DNA of 64,000 nt from an uncultured bacterium (GTDB lineage: Bacteria; Omnitrophota; Omnitrophia; Omnitrophales; Aquincolibacteriaceae). The notes under the pieces were generated by a model. It saw nothing but the letters and a program-made list of their open reading frames with translations, was not told the DNA's origin and did not search any database. How positions within the stretch are numbered: position 1 is the first letter of the stretch; each line of letters begins with the position of its first letter. Shown piece after piece: positions 20,493 through 29,761 of the stretch. The DNA lies in assembly GCA_964445745.1 (NCBI GenBank), contig CAYULU010000001.1, positions 35,873 through 99,872 of the forward strand, read 5' to 3'. Position numbers and translations under genes: made by a program.

Positions 20493-23400
20493 ATGCAAAA
20501 TGACCCGATGTTCGTGCCCGGTTTCTCGTGGAAGCGAAGTAAGTCGATAGTTGCGTTTGTCACGCTTGTCGCTTTTACCGTGACGACCCTTGTCTGGGAC
20601 CCCAGGGCATTCGCGGGGACGGGTGTGCCCGTGGCCGGTGAAGTTTCGGCCTTTGCACAAGGGGTTTTGCAGATTCCGGCTGAATTGGGTCAGGTGACCG
20701 AGACTTTGGTGGGGGATCCAAAGGCCCCTGCCTTCATTCATATCCAGTCCGCGCACGGGAACTATTCTGCGGAAAAGAATATCGAGAAACTTCTCGGATT
20801 TATCGAAAAGAATTCTTCTGTAAAACTGATGCTTCTTGAAGGGGCTTCCGGGAAGCTACATCCTAAAATGTTTCGCATGTTCCCCGCGCATCCGGAATTC
20901 AATCAAAAGGTCACGGACAAACTGGTGCGGGAAGGGTATCTCACCGGGCCGGAATCTTTTTTGATCGGGTCGGATGACAAAACAGAGGGATGGGGGATCG
21001 AGGACCTTGAAGCTTACAAAAAGGATCGTGAGTCGTTTATCCATGTCGTGGAGAAAGAAAAGGTTGCTGAGAAGTTCCTGGGTTCTTTGCGGGCCACGAT
21101 CGACAGACGTTTTTCATCGAAACTTAATAAAGACCTCCTGAACCTCGTCCGTCAGGAAGAAGCGTTTGGGTCGGGAACGGTTTCGTTTGAGGGCTGGCTT
21201 ACTGTCCTTAAAGCCGCGAGCCAAAAACATCTTACCCTTGACCTTTCGGATGCCTTTTATCAGAACCAGTATCCCTTTCTCATCCGCTATTTCCGCTTAC
21301 AGGCTATCGGTTCCAAGATCGACCGTGAAAAAGCGCGGCACGAAGCCGATGCTTTTCTCGTCGATCTTGCCAGTCGCAAGGTTTCTGAGGAAGTCCTCGA
21401 GAACTTCAAAGCCATCCTGCAAACATCCGAAACAGAGCTTTTGAGAACGGTCAGCCGTACCACGGATGGCTATTCCACGTTACGTCGGGCTTTCGACCTC
21501 GCTTTTAGCAGTCTCCCCAAAGATTTTTCCATGACGCAGTGGCCAAACTGGACCCTGTATGCCCAACACATCATCCTGATGCAGGAGATGGAAGGCAAAG
21601 GGCTTCATGAAGAGACCTTGAAGCTGAAGGACAAGATTCAGACAGCTTTAGCCAAGACCGCGGATGAAAAAGCATATCTCTCTCAGGCTCGGGAGCTGTA
21701 TTTATTGCGCCGTCTTTTTAACCTTGAACTAACGCGGCCGGAATATGAGGAGCTGGCGCAAACCGTTAAAACGTCCGACACTCAAGAGATTCAAACGCTC
21801 TATAAAACCGCCATGGATTTCTACTCGACCGCTGTTGAGCGTGAAAACAAGATGTTCCAAAATGCCCTTACGAAAATGGCCGGGACGAAGCAACAGCACG
21901 CTGTGATCGTCACAGGAGGATTCCACGCCGAAGGTCTCAAGAAACTCGTCACATCCAAAGGCTGTTCCTACATTCAGATCACGCCGCGCATTGCAGAAGT
22001 CTCGAAGCGTGACCATGAAGTGTATCTTCGCTCGATTCTCGGTTCCCGCGACGTTGAAACTTCCCAGATGAGCGCATTGCTTGGGATCGTCGATCGCGCG
22101 CAGCGTGTCGCCGTGACTGGCGTTGCTGCGACCAAAGACTGGGCTCGCGATGTCCGCAGTCTTGTTTTAGGTCTGATCAATTCTGAAAATGTCTCTGCCC
22201 GTCAGGCTCTTTCAGTGTCCTTTTCTAATTCTATTTTTGGTTCCCAAACACCTGCCTTGGTGCCTGTCATTGCTCGCGCTGAGGTGAGGGAAAAACAAGC
22301 TGCTACTAAAGTAGTTGCTGTAGACTCGCAGATCAATAGCATTGCCCAGAAATTGACGTTGGCGGCAGCGCTAGCTTTTACATCCGTTTCTGCCCATGCT
22401 GATTCAGTTGGAGTGCTTTCTTCGTTCTCCAGCGAACAGTCTGTTTCAGTATGGTTCTGGGGTAGCGTACTTTCCCTTGGAGCTCTTTTTGCTGGTTACT
22501 TTATCGTTTGGCGTCTCTTTTTTCCGATTAACTGGCACCTTCGGCGGCTTCTTAGTAATGAATATGCTGTTAGGAGCCGTGCGATTGAGAAACTTGTTAG
22601 CATAGGGTCTAAGGCCGTTCCCGCACTGATCAGAATTTTAGAAGATAAAACTAATATATCCAGTTCAAATGTTATAGAAATACTTGAAAGAATTAAAGAT
22701 GCTCGGTCCATTCCAGGATTGATTGTCGGACTGGGTGACAAATCTGAAGAAATACGTTTTCGCTCGGCTAGAGCGCTCGCGGAATTTGCTGATGCGCGAA
22801 TAGTTCCAACGTTGCGAAAAACTGCTGATGGTTGGTTGCAAGATCTTAGAAAACAGCGAGGTGAACTTGAGGAGACGCTTAAACAGACTCCCTCCACGAT
22901 TGAGCAAGAGGAAACTAGACAAGAGGAGCTTGTGGAATTGGGTGGCCGTGGGGACAGAGGAGGTGTTTATACAATAGGATATGAAATTGTCCCAACGGGG
23001 AGAATGGAAACTGTATCGAATTCTGCATATACGGATCTTTCTTGGAGAATTAGCCGTTTGGAAGTTGTGGAGCGAGAGATTGCATCCTTCTTGCTAAGAG
23101 CCGAAGAAGTAAACCATGTTCGCTCCGAAGTCCGCCTGACGCCCGCGCAGGAAAAGCAATTTCAGAAAGCTCTCCGCGATCTTCAGCCCAAGTGGTGGGA
23201 TGGACTGTTGGGTGAAATTGACGGGAATGAACGTAAAAAGCGTGCCTTAAAAACTCTTGGCGAACTCAAGGACTCCCGTTCGTTTAGGGTGCTGAAAGAA
23301 AAAATTTTGTTGCATCAAGAAGAGCCGAATTTTCCTTCTCAGCAGGCGGTCAAGTCCATGAAAGAATTTCCAACAGATATGCTACTTTCGGGGTTGATGC

Positions 23401-26400
23401 CGTTCTTGGGCTCCGAAGATGAGCGGGTCGGGCAAAACATGGTTTCTATATTCGAGGGGCTTGAAGATCCCGCGATAGTTTTGCCGATGATCCAGGCTCT
23501 CGAAGGCCGGGATCCGCGTGCCCGCGAGCGTGCCGCGAGCGTGCTTCTTGGATCACGCGACTTTCGGTCCCTCGACGCATTTTTGAGGGTTCTCAAAAAT
23601 TTAAACGAATCTGCTGAAATGCGTCGCACGGCAATTTCTGCCATCAGAAACTGGAATCCTTCAGATCTGGGCAAGGAGAGGACGACGCAGTGGGTCGAGG
23701 CGCTTATCTCGTGTCTGGATAATCCGCCTACACGAGACGATGCGGCTCGCACTTTGGGTGATTTAAAAGATCGAAGGGCTATCAAGCCGTTGGTTGATCG
23801 GCTTATGACGATCGATCCAAGCATGCTTCCGCCGGTCTTCTTGTTCGCGTTGAGAGACCTTCAGTGGGAACCAAAGAACGTAAACGAAGCAATCCGTTTT
23901 GCTTGCGGTTTGCGGAGTGATGCGACGATTTGGGACAAAGTGGCTTTATTTGGACCCGCGGCCGTTCCTTTGCTCATGGATCTTCTCATTTCCAAAGATT
24001 TTGAGTTGAGGCGAAATGTTGCGACGGTGCTTTTGAAAATTGCCGACCCCAAACTGGCGGGGCTCGACCGCTATCTTGAATGGACTCAGGATGGTACCCC
24101 ACCAGAACAGAGGAAGCTTATCTTCTTGACCCCTGAGAAAATTGAAACAATAAAAAGGGCTTTTGCGGAGGGAAGAACGATCCAGGTCGAATATGAGGAG
24201 CAAGAGATGGTCTCTCATCAGGAATCGTATCTGGACACGTACGGGCAAGATTATTTCTATGTTGTGGTCGATACTCCAGGGTATCTTTCTGTGAAGATTA
24301 CGGGCATGGGACAAGAGATCGGATCTGTTTCTGTTGCTCGGACTGTAGGGCCTGCTGTTACTGCTTCACCCAATGGTTTTCCGGAACCCTACGCGAAGGA
24401 TGTCGGTTTTTGGGAATTCCGGCTCCCTGTTTTTAACGCGGCGAGCGAAGGACTAAGTGTCACCCGGTTACGCGATGCGCTCGAAGTTCTGAAGAATCGT
24501 GGCTGGCTCTGGAGCCATTTTGAGTCCACCCATCGGGAGAGGGTCAACCAGCGCGCTACCGATCGGCTTGAGCAGCTCTTGTCGAAAGTTCACGCGGTCA
24601 TGATCACTTTGTATGCGAACGGGATTTTATCTGCGGCAACTCCGCTTGTTTCGCTTCAGCTTGCGGGAAGTTATCTCTGGACCGACTCGCCGAACGATCT
24701 GGATCTGGTCGTGATCGTCGAGGGCGAGCGGAATTTTGAAAAAATGTCCGCTTCGAATCATACGAATGGCTTCCTTCCCGTGATTCCCGGCATTGAGACT
24801 TCGTACGAAGTGGTCGGGCTCGAGACATTGAGACGGGCCGTGGGGGGGGATGAGGTCAAGGATGCGAATGTGATCCGGCGCAAGGCTATTATGTATTCGG
24901 TTTCTGTCCCTCTTGCCGGGATTGATCTTTTTGCTTCTCAATCGATTCCCTTCGATAGCTATGTCACGATGCGGAACGATCTTATGACGGATGCATCGAG
25001 AGCGGCGTGGAGGGATCTCAAGGGAGATCCGGCCAAGATTGCAGCCAAACGCCTCTGGCGTCAGGAGGAATCGGACGCAATGGAAAAATGGCTGGCAATG
25101 CAGAGGCGGTTGATTTCAGAAGGCAGTACTGAAGAACTTCGGAAAATGCATGAGCGGTTGAGTCAGATCGATTCGCTGATTCTCGCGGCCGAGGCGAATC
25201 TGGAGGAGGAAAAGTCGAAGTTGGCCAGGTTGCGGCAGCAAGATGTTTCTTTCGATGCCGGTGCGTCGCGAAGTGAAGCTAGCCAAAAACAGACTTTGCG
25301 ATCTGAGGTGAGAACCCAGCTGGGGGCAGAAGATTATGCTGCCGCCAATGGAGTGTTTTCGTATTTGGCCGAGCAGTCGCAGGATATTCCCATGAATCCG
25401 GATGTTTTGATTGTGCTCGGGAATCCTGACCATGAGGTGAACGGAACAGCGGCGGCAGCCCTGTATCATCGGCTCAATCCCAAATGGGTGTTAGTGGCTG
25501 GGAAAGGAAAAAAAGATCGGCCGGAGGCCCATGAATTCCGTGATGTTCTTGTCGCGAGGGGTGTGCCTGGAGATAAAATTTTTATCGAAGATCAGTCCAT
25601 GAACACGGGACAAAACGCACAATTTGGATCCAAATTGCTTCGCGAAGCGATGGAAAATCGCGATCCGGACATGCTCAATCGCCCAATCACGGCTGTCGTA
25701 ACACAGAAACCGATGGGACAACGATTATCGACGGATATCATGGAGAAACAATTCGCATGGCCGCAGGGTATCTCATTTTTTCCGTCGGCGCCCCGTGTGC
25801 CTCAGGTTAATGGACAAACTGACAATGAAGAATTTTTCCAGCTTGTTGCCGAAGCCCTTGACCAGATAAGACGTTTTCCAGACTTCGCGCGGCAAAAGTT
25901 CATTGATCCTAAAGCGGCTCAGCATCCTAATGAAGTGACGCAGGCCGTTGGGAGATTGACAGCCCTTATGCAATCCCGTTCCGAAACCCGCCTGACGCTC
26001 CATCAGGCCGATGACTCTGGCGAGCAGGAAAAGCAATTCCAGAAAGCTCTCCGCAATTTTCAGCTTTTTTCCTGGAAAAAGGTTGTGCCGATTGTGTTTT
26101 ACGTTGGGATTCACGTCGGGGGCTTTTTGCTCGTTCTTTCTTTTATTGTTTCATACTTCGACCTGGACCTTAAGTCTTTGCAGGATCGATATTGGTTAGT
26201 CTTGATGGGAAGTCCCTCATTTTTGATGACGGTTATGTTTCTCAGATCGTTGCCGGGTCTCTTGCGGCAGATACCTTCTGTCAATGATCATATCGCCGGG
26301 CGCCAAGCGGAAGAAGAGGCTGGCGCGGAATCTCGCTCCGAATCCCGGTTGTCATTGACGCCGCTGATCGGGCTGCCGGCGGAGCTGGATCTTGAGACAT

Positions 26401-29400
26401 TGGCGGTCCGGTATGGGCCGGGGGTCAGTTTTCTCAAGGCGTGGGAGAAAACGATGTTAAGCGAGACGCCCGCGGGAAATGGGCTTCCGCTCTGGAAGAG
26501 CATGGCTTTTGCGGCGGAATATATGAATGCAGCGGGCGAGGTTATTCAGCAGCCTGATCTTGAGAAATACTACGATCCTTCCAAAGTCCTATATCACGGT
26601 CACCAGGGAGCCTACTGGAGCGATCCGGAGCTTCAAAAATTGCTTGCGGCGCAGCATCTGAGGCCTGACGTGACGGTGCTTCCTGCGGGAGTGATTGGCC
26701 GTGAATTTCTGCGAACCGAAGGTCACCATCATCTTTCGGGTTTGCCGGAGGTTTATGAAACGGCGTATGGGACGAATGGGTATCTTCTTTTCAAGACCGT
26801 GAGTGAGGACTCGGAGGATATCGCGGACGTCATGTATGTTATGGCCGAGGCGGGGGATCATGTCCTGTTCCCTCCCGGGTATCAGCATATCAGCATTAAC
26901 ACGGGTTCGAGGCCGTTTGTGATGACCGATTGGGTGAGCATGAAAGCGAACTCTGATTTCAAGTACATCAAGCGCCATCATGGGGCCCCTTACCTGGTAG
27001 TCCGGGGGCCGGACGGTCAAGCTCAATTTGAGCGGAACGCACAATATCCTGGTAAAGTTCCGCCGATTCGTTTGGTGCGTCCAGCGGACGAGATTAAACT
27101 GGGTGATCAGGTGATCTTCAAAAAAGGTGTACCCATGTTCGATCTTGTCAAAAACGGACAGATTGATCTTTTAGCCTTCCTGAATGACACCAATGAGTCA
27201 GGGCGTTACGACGAACTTTACAAAAATGCGTTCCGCTCCGAATCTCGTTTATCCGTTTCTTCGGGAATCTCCTCGGACACAGATTCAGTAACGGGCGTGA
27301 CGCCGGCTCAGGAAAAGCAATTTCAGAAAGCTACCCGCAATTTTCAGTTCTTTTCCTGGAAAAGGGTCTTGCCGATTGTGTTGTACGTTGGGATTCACGT
27401 CGGGGGCTTTTTGCTCGTTCTTTCCTTGATTGTTTCAAACTTCGACCTGGACCTTAAGTCTTTGCAGGATCGATATTGGTTGGTCTTGATGGGAAGTCCC
27501 TCATTTTTGATGACGGTGATGTTTCTCAGATCGTTGCCGGATCTTTTGCGGCAGATGCCTTCAAACAATGATCATATCACCGGGCGCCAAGCGGAAGGAG
27601 AGGCTGGCGCGAAATCTCGCTCTGAGGTCCGGTGGACCGATTCTGAGGAAAGGCAATTCAAGGAGGTTCTTACCGGACATCAGGAAGGTTTGCCGCGCGG
27701 CAAGTTTGTTATGGAACTATTGCTAGCGGGGATGATAGGGATGATCTCGCTTGTAAGCCGAGCGGCTGAGGCTCCACGGACTAGAGGCGGTTTCACAAGT
27801 ATTTCCAACCCATTGTTTCTCAAGGGGTTGGAAAATGTAAAAGGGACTTATGAAAACGCTTCTATTGAGAACTCGACGGAAATCCGGGCGAAGGGGAGTG
27901 TGGCAACTCAATCTTTTTCCTCTCAACGGGTGGATCAGGAAACCCTGCATGCACATGTTGCTGACATCCCCAGCCTTTTGGAATCCTTGTATCATGAGGA
28001 TTCGTGGGTACGGGAACAGGCCCTGACGGCGCTCCGTACAATCAAGACGGAATCGGTTGTCACCGGACTCCTGAAGTCTTTGGACGACAAAACCGGTTTG
28101 AATGTTGCGGCCCGTGCGCGGGTGATTCAAACACTGAGTGAAATGGATGTTCTCGAAGCGGTCCCGGTTTTTATTCGAATTGCAAACGATCCGACGGAAC
28201 TTCGCTCCATTCAGGATATTGCTCTTCTTGCCATTTATTCGGTCAGGAATCCGGTAGCGGCCCCCGATCTGGTCAAAGCGCTTTCTTCGGATGATGCGGT
28301 TCTCAGGTTCTTTATCCTGAAAGCTCTCTCTGAGATGCCCGCTGTTTCAGTGACGGAAGCTTTGAAAGAGGGGCTTCATAACCCGGACCCCCGAATTGCA
28401 GAGAGTTCTTTTGTAGCGTTGGTCCAGCGCGGGAAAATTTATGAAGTGAATGATCCGGCGCTCGTGCCTTTTCTTAAAAAGATGATGGCTCACGGAGAGT
28501 TTTCTTACAGACATTTCGCCGCGGACGCATTGTACCGGATCAGCAAAATCCAATACTATCAAGCTGCTTATGGTCCGCTTCTTAAGGAAATAATCAAAAT
28601 GTGGGCAGGAATATTTGCTTTTATCCTGACGCCTTTTGGAGTGGCACGTGTGCTTAAGAAAATCCAGCTCCACCACTATCGCGAACGGGATTTTTATGCC
28701 AGCCATACCGATTCTGGCATTGATTTTGCCGGTACTGTAGATAAGAGCGCGAAGTACCCTCGCTCCGAATCTCGGAATATTGAGGAAACGCGCCCTGGTT
28801 TTTTTACGTCAGAAATTCGGTCTGAAATGCGATGGGATGAGGCTGTGGTGACGCCCCGGGTCTTGGTGGAATCCGGGAGTGGCAGTTTAGCCGCGAAGAT
28901 TGGGACGGCGGCCCGGGTAGCGGCGAACACGGTTTCGCCTCTGCTTTCGAGTTCGCCTGTCTATGCTTCAGAAATCGCCCCGCAACTTTTTGCGGGGACT
29001 GAACACTACCAGTCTGTTCCGGAAATTCCGGGTTCTTTCACGGCACAATGGCCGGTACTGGGAAAGATCGTAAGCGGGTCTGCGACTGCGTCTGCGGAGC
29101 GCCTGGTCATTGATCAGCGGCACGGGATTCCCGATAAGGAGAGCGTTCTTCCCCTGGTTGCGTTTGCCCGCTATAACCCGAAGACCACAGTGGTGCTGGC
29201 GCTGATCGCGACTGAAGATCAGGTCTCGGATTTTCAAAAAGCAGTGGCGGCTCTCCACGGAGGGAAGGCATGGCCGCAAAATTTAAAAGTTCGGGCCTTT
29301 GCGGATGAGAATGCGTTTATTCCGGAGTTTAATGGGTTTTATAACGCTTCTGCGCCGTTGGGCCGCCCTGTAGCACTTGTGACGGATCAGGAGGGTTCAC

Positions 29401-29633
29401 TTGTGACCGGAAAGATCGGGTTTCGGAGAAGTCTCTTGAGCGTTGTGGGTGACAGGGACTCTCTTAAGCAGACGGCGTCGGTGTTGCTTGCCGCGGACAA
29501 ACTTCTTGATGAATCCGTGTGGTCGTTGGGTTATCACTTTGTCTCTGTCGATAAGCTTGGCGGGCTGGAGATGCTGATGACGGAGCTTACGAACTTTATA
29601 CGGTCTGAGGCCCGAATGGCCGCCTCGGCATAA
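20493..29633 (+). CDS. Giant multidomain membrane protein (3046 aa). N-terminal signal anchor plus a TraB/GumN-like domain, HEAT-repeat arrays, an NTase-fold motif, a DUF218/YdcF-like domain, and a cupin-type PGI-like domain flanked by duplicated TM hairpin repeats.
   Basis: 9.1 kb ORF with ATG start, hydrophobic N-terminus SIVAFVTLVAFTVTTLVW. HEAT repeats around AVPALIRILED...VRFRSARALAEFAD. NTase motif GSYLWTDSPNDLDLVVIV. DUF218 motif IFIEDQSMNTGQNAQF. Cupin PGI motifs TEGHHH...PEVYE and PPGYQHISIN. Confidence 0.9.
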   Translation: MQNDPMFVPGFSWKRSKSIVAFVTLVAFTVTTLVWDPRAFAGTGVPVAGEVSAFAQGVLQIPAELGQVTETLVGDPKAPAFIHIQSAHGNYSAEKNIEKLLGFIEKNSSVKLMLLEGASGKLHPKMFRMFPAHPEFNQKVTDKLVREGYLTGPESFLIGSDDKTEGWGIEDLEAYKKDRESFIHVVEKEKVAEKFLGSLRATIDRRFSSKLNKDLLNLVRQEEAFGSGTVSFEGWLTVLKAASQKHLTLDLSDAFYQNQYPFLIRYFRLQAIGSKIDREKARHEADAFLVDLASRKVSEEVLENFKAILQTSETELLRTVSRTTDGYSTLRRAFDLAFSSLPKDFSMTQWPNWTLYAQHIILMQEMEGKGLHEETLKLKDKIQTALAKTADEKAYLSQARELYLLRRLFNLELTRPEYEELAQTVKTSDTQEIQTLYKTAMDFYSTAVERENKMFQNALTKMAGTKQQHAVIVTGGFHAEGLKKLVTSKGCSYIQITPRIAEVSKRDHEVYLRSILGSRDVETSQMSALLGIVDRAQRVAVTGVAATKDWARDVRSLVLGLINSENVSARQALSVSFSNSIFGSQTPALVPVIARAEVREKQAATKVVAVDSQINSIAQKLTLAAALAFTSVSAHADSVGVLSSFSSEQSVSVWFWGSVLSLGALFAGYFIVWRLFFPINWHLRRLLSNEYAVRSRAIEKLVSIGSKAVPALIRILEDKTNISSSNVIEILERIKDARSIPGLIVGLGDKSEEIRFRSARALAEFADARIVPTLRKTADGWLQDLRKQRGELEETLKQTPSTIEQEETRQEELVELGGRGDRGGVYTIGYEIVPTGRMETVSNSAYTDLSWRISRLEVVEREIASFLLRAEEVNHVRSEVRLTPAQEKQFQKALRDLQPKWWDGLLGEIDGNERKKRALKTLGELKDSRSFRVLKEKILLHQEEPNFPSQQAVKSMKEFPTDMLLSGLMPFLGSEDERVGQNMVSIFEGLEDPAIVLPMIQALEGRDPRARERAASVLLGSRDFRSLDAFLRVLKNLNESAEMRRTAISAIRNWNPSDLGKERTTQWVEALISCLDNPPTRDDAARTLGDLKDRRAIKPLVDRLMTIDPSMLPPVFLFALRDLQWEPKNVNEAIRFACGLRSDATIWDKVALFGPAAVPLLMDLLISKDFELRRNVATVLLKIADPKLAGLDRYLEWTQDGTPPEQRKLIFLTPEKIETIKRAFAEGRTIQVEYEEQEMVSHQESYLDTYGQDYFYVVVDTPGYLSVKITGMGQEIGSVSVARTVGPAVTASPNGFPEPYAKDVGFWEFRLPVFNAASEGLSVTRLRDALEVLKNRGWLWSHFESTHRERVNQRATDRLEQLLSKVHAVMITLYANGILSAATPLVSLQLAGSYLWTDSPNDLDLVVIVEGERNFEKMSASNHTNGFLPVIPGIETSYEVVGLETLRRAVGGDEVKDANVIRRKAIMYSVSVPLAGIDLFASQSIPFDSYVTMRNDLMTDASRAAWRDLKGDPAKIAAKRLWRQEESDAMEKWLAMQRRLISEGSTEELRKMHERLSQIDSLILAAEANLEEEKSKLARLRQQDVSFDAGASRSEASQKQTLRSEVRTQLGAEDYAAANGVFSYLAEQSQDIPMNPDVLIVLGNPDHEVNGTAAAALYHRLNPKWVLVAGKGKKDRPEAHEFRDVLVARGVPGDKIFIEDQSMNTGQNAQFGSKLLREAMENRDPDMLNRPITAVVTQKPMGQRLSTDIMEKQFAWPQGISFFPSAPRVPQVNGQTDNEEFFQLVAEALDQIRRFPDFARQKFIDPKAAQHPNEVTQAVGRLTALMQSRSETRLTLHQADDSGEQEKQFQKALRNFQLFSWKKVVPIVFYVGIHVGGFLLVLSFIVSYFDLDLKSLQDRYWLVLMGSPSFLMTVMFLRSLPGLLRQIPSVNDHIAGRQAEEEAGAESRSESRLSLTPLIGLPAELDLETLAVRYGPGVSFLKAWEKTMLSETPAGNGLPLWKSMAFAAEYMNAAGEVIQQPDLEKYYDPSKVLYHGHQGAYWSDPELQKLLAAQHLRPDVTVLPAGVIGREFLRTEGHHHLSGLPEVYETAYGTNGYLLFKTVSEDSEDIADVMYVMAEAGDHVLFPPGYQHISINTGSRPFVMTDWVSMKANSDFKYIKRHHGAPYLVVRGPDGQAQFERNAQYPGKVPPIRLVRPADEIKLGDQVIFKKGVPMFDLVKNGQIDLLAFLNDTNESGRYDELYKNAFRSESRLSVSSGISSDTDSVTGVTPAQEKQFQKATRNFQFFSWKRVLPIVLYVGIHVGGFLLVLSLIVSNFDLDLKSLQDRYWLVLMGSPSFLMTVMFLRSLPDLLRQMPSNNDHITGRQAEGEAGAKSRSEVRWTDSEERQFKEVLTGHQEGLPRGKFVMELLLAGMIGMISLVSRAAEAPRTRGGFTSISNPLFLKGLENVKGTYENASIENSTEIRAKGSVATQSFSSQRVDQETLHAHVADIPSLLESLYHEDSWVREQALTALRTIKTESVVTGLLKSLDDKTGLNVAARARVIQTLSEMDVLEAVPVFIRIANDPTELRSIQDIALLAIYSVRNPVAAPDLVKALSSDDAVLRFFILKALSEMPAVSVTEALKEGLHNPDPRIAESSFVALVQRGKIYEVNDPALVPFLKKMMAHGEFSYRHFAADALYRISKIQYYQAAYGPLLKEIIKMWAGIFAFILTPFGVARVLKKIQLHHYRERDFYASHTDSGIDFAGTVDKSAKYPRSESRNIEETRPGFFTSEIRSEMRWDEAVVTPRVLVESGSGSLAAKIGTAARVAANTVSPLLSSSPVYASEIAPQLFAGTEHYQSVPEIPGSFTAQWPVLGKIVSGSATASAERLVIDQRHGIPDKESVLPLVAFARYNPKTTVVLALIATEDQVSDFQKAVAALHGGKAWPQNLKVRAFADENAFIPEFNGFYNASAPLGRPVALVTDQEGSLVTGKIGFRRSLLSVVGDRDSLKQTASVLLAADKLLDESVWSLGYHFVSVDKLGGLEMLMTELTNFIRSEARMAASA
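26025..26348 (+). repeat. Intragenic direct repeat A (324 bp) inside giant gene 2. About 95% identical to repeat B at 27309..27632. Encodes a QEKQFQKA helix plus a two-helix TM hairpin plus RSExR.
   Basis: Near-identical nucleotide blocks seen directly. Spacing 1284 bp, in frame. Confidence 0.9.
27309..27632 (+). repeat. Intragenic direct repeat B (324 bp), paired with 26025..26348.
   Basis: Same as repeat A. The two repeats bracket the cupin-PGI-like domain. Confidence 0.9.
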
Positions 29634-29761
29634 TTTTGAGTCTGGGGCTCGGAGCTAATAAAACAAAGCTCTGTTGGGACCTGGTTTCAAGCTAGGTTTC
29701 GAGCCCAGGTTTCGAGCTTCTGAAACTATTTTCAGGGTCAAGTTGTGATATACTCCTTCGC

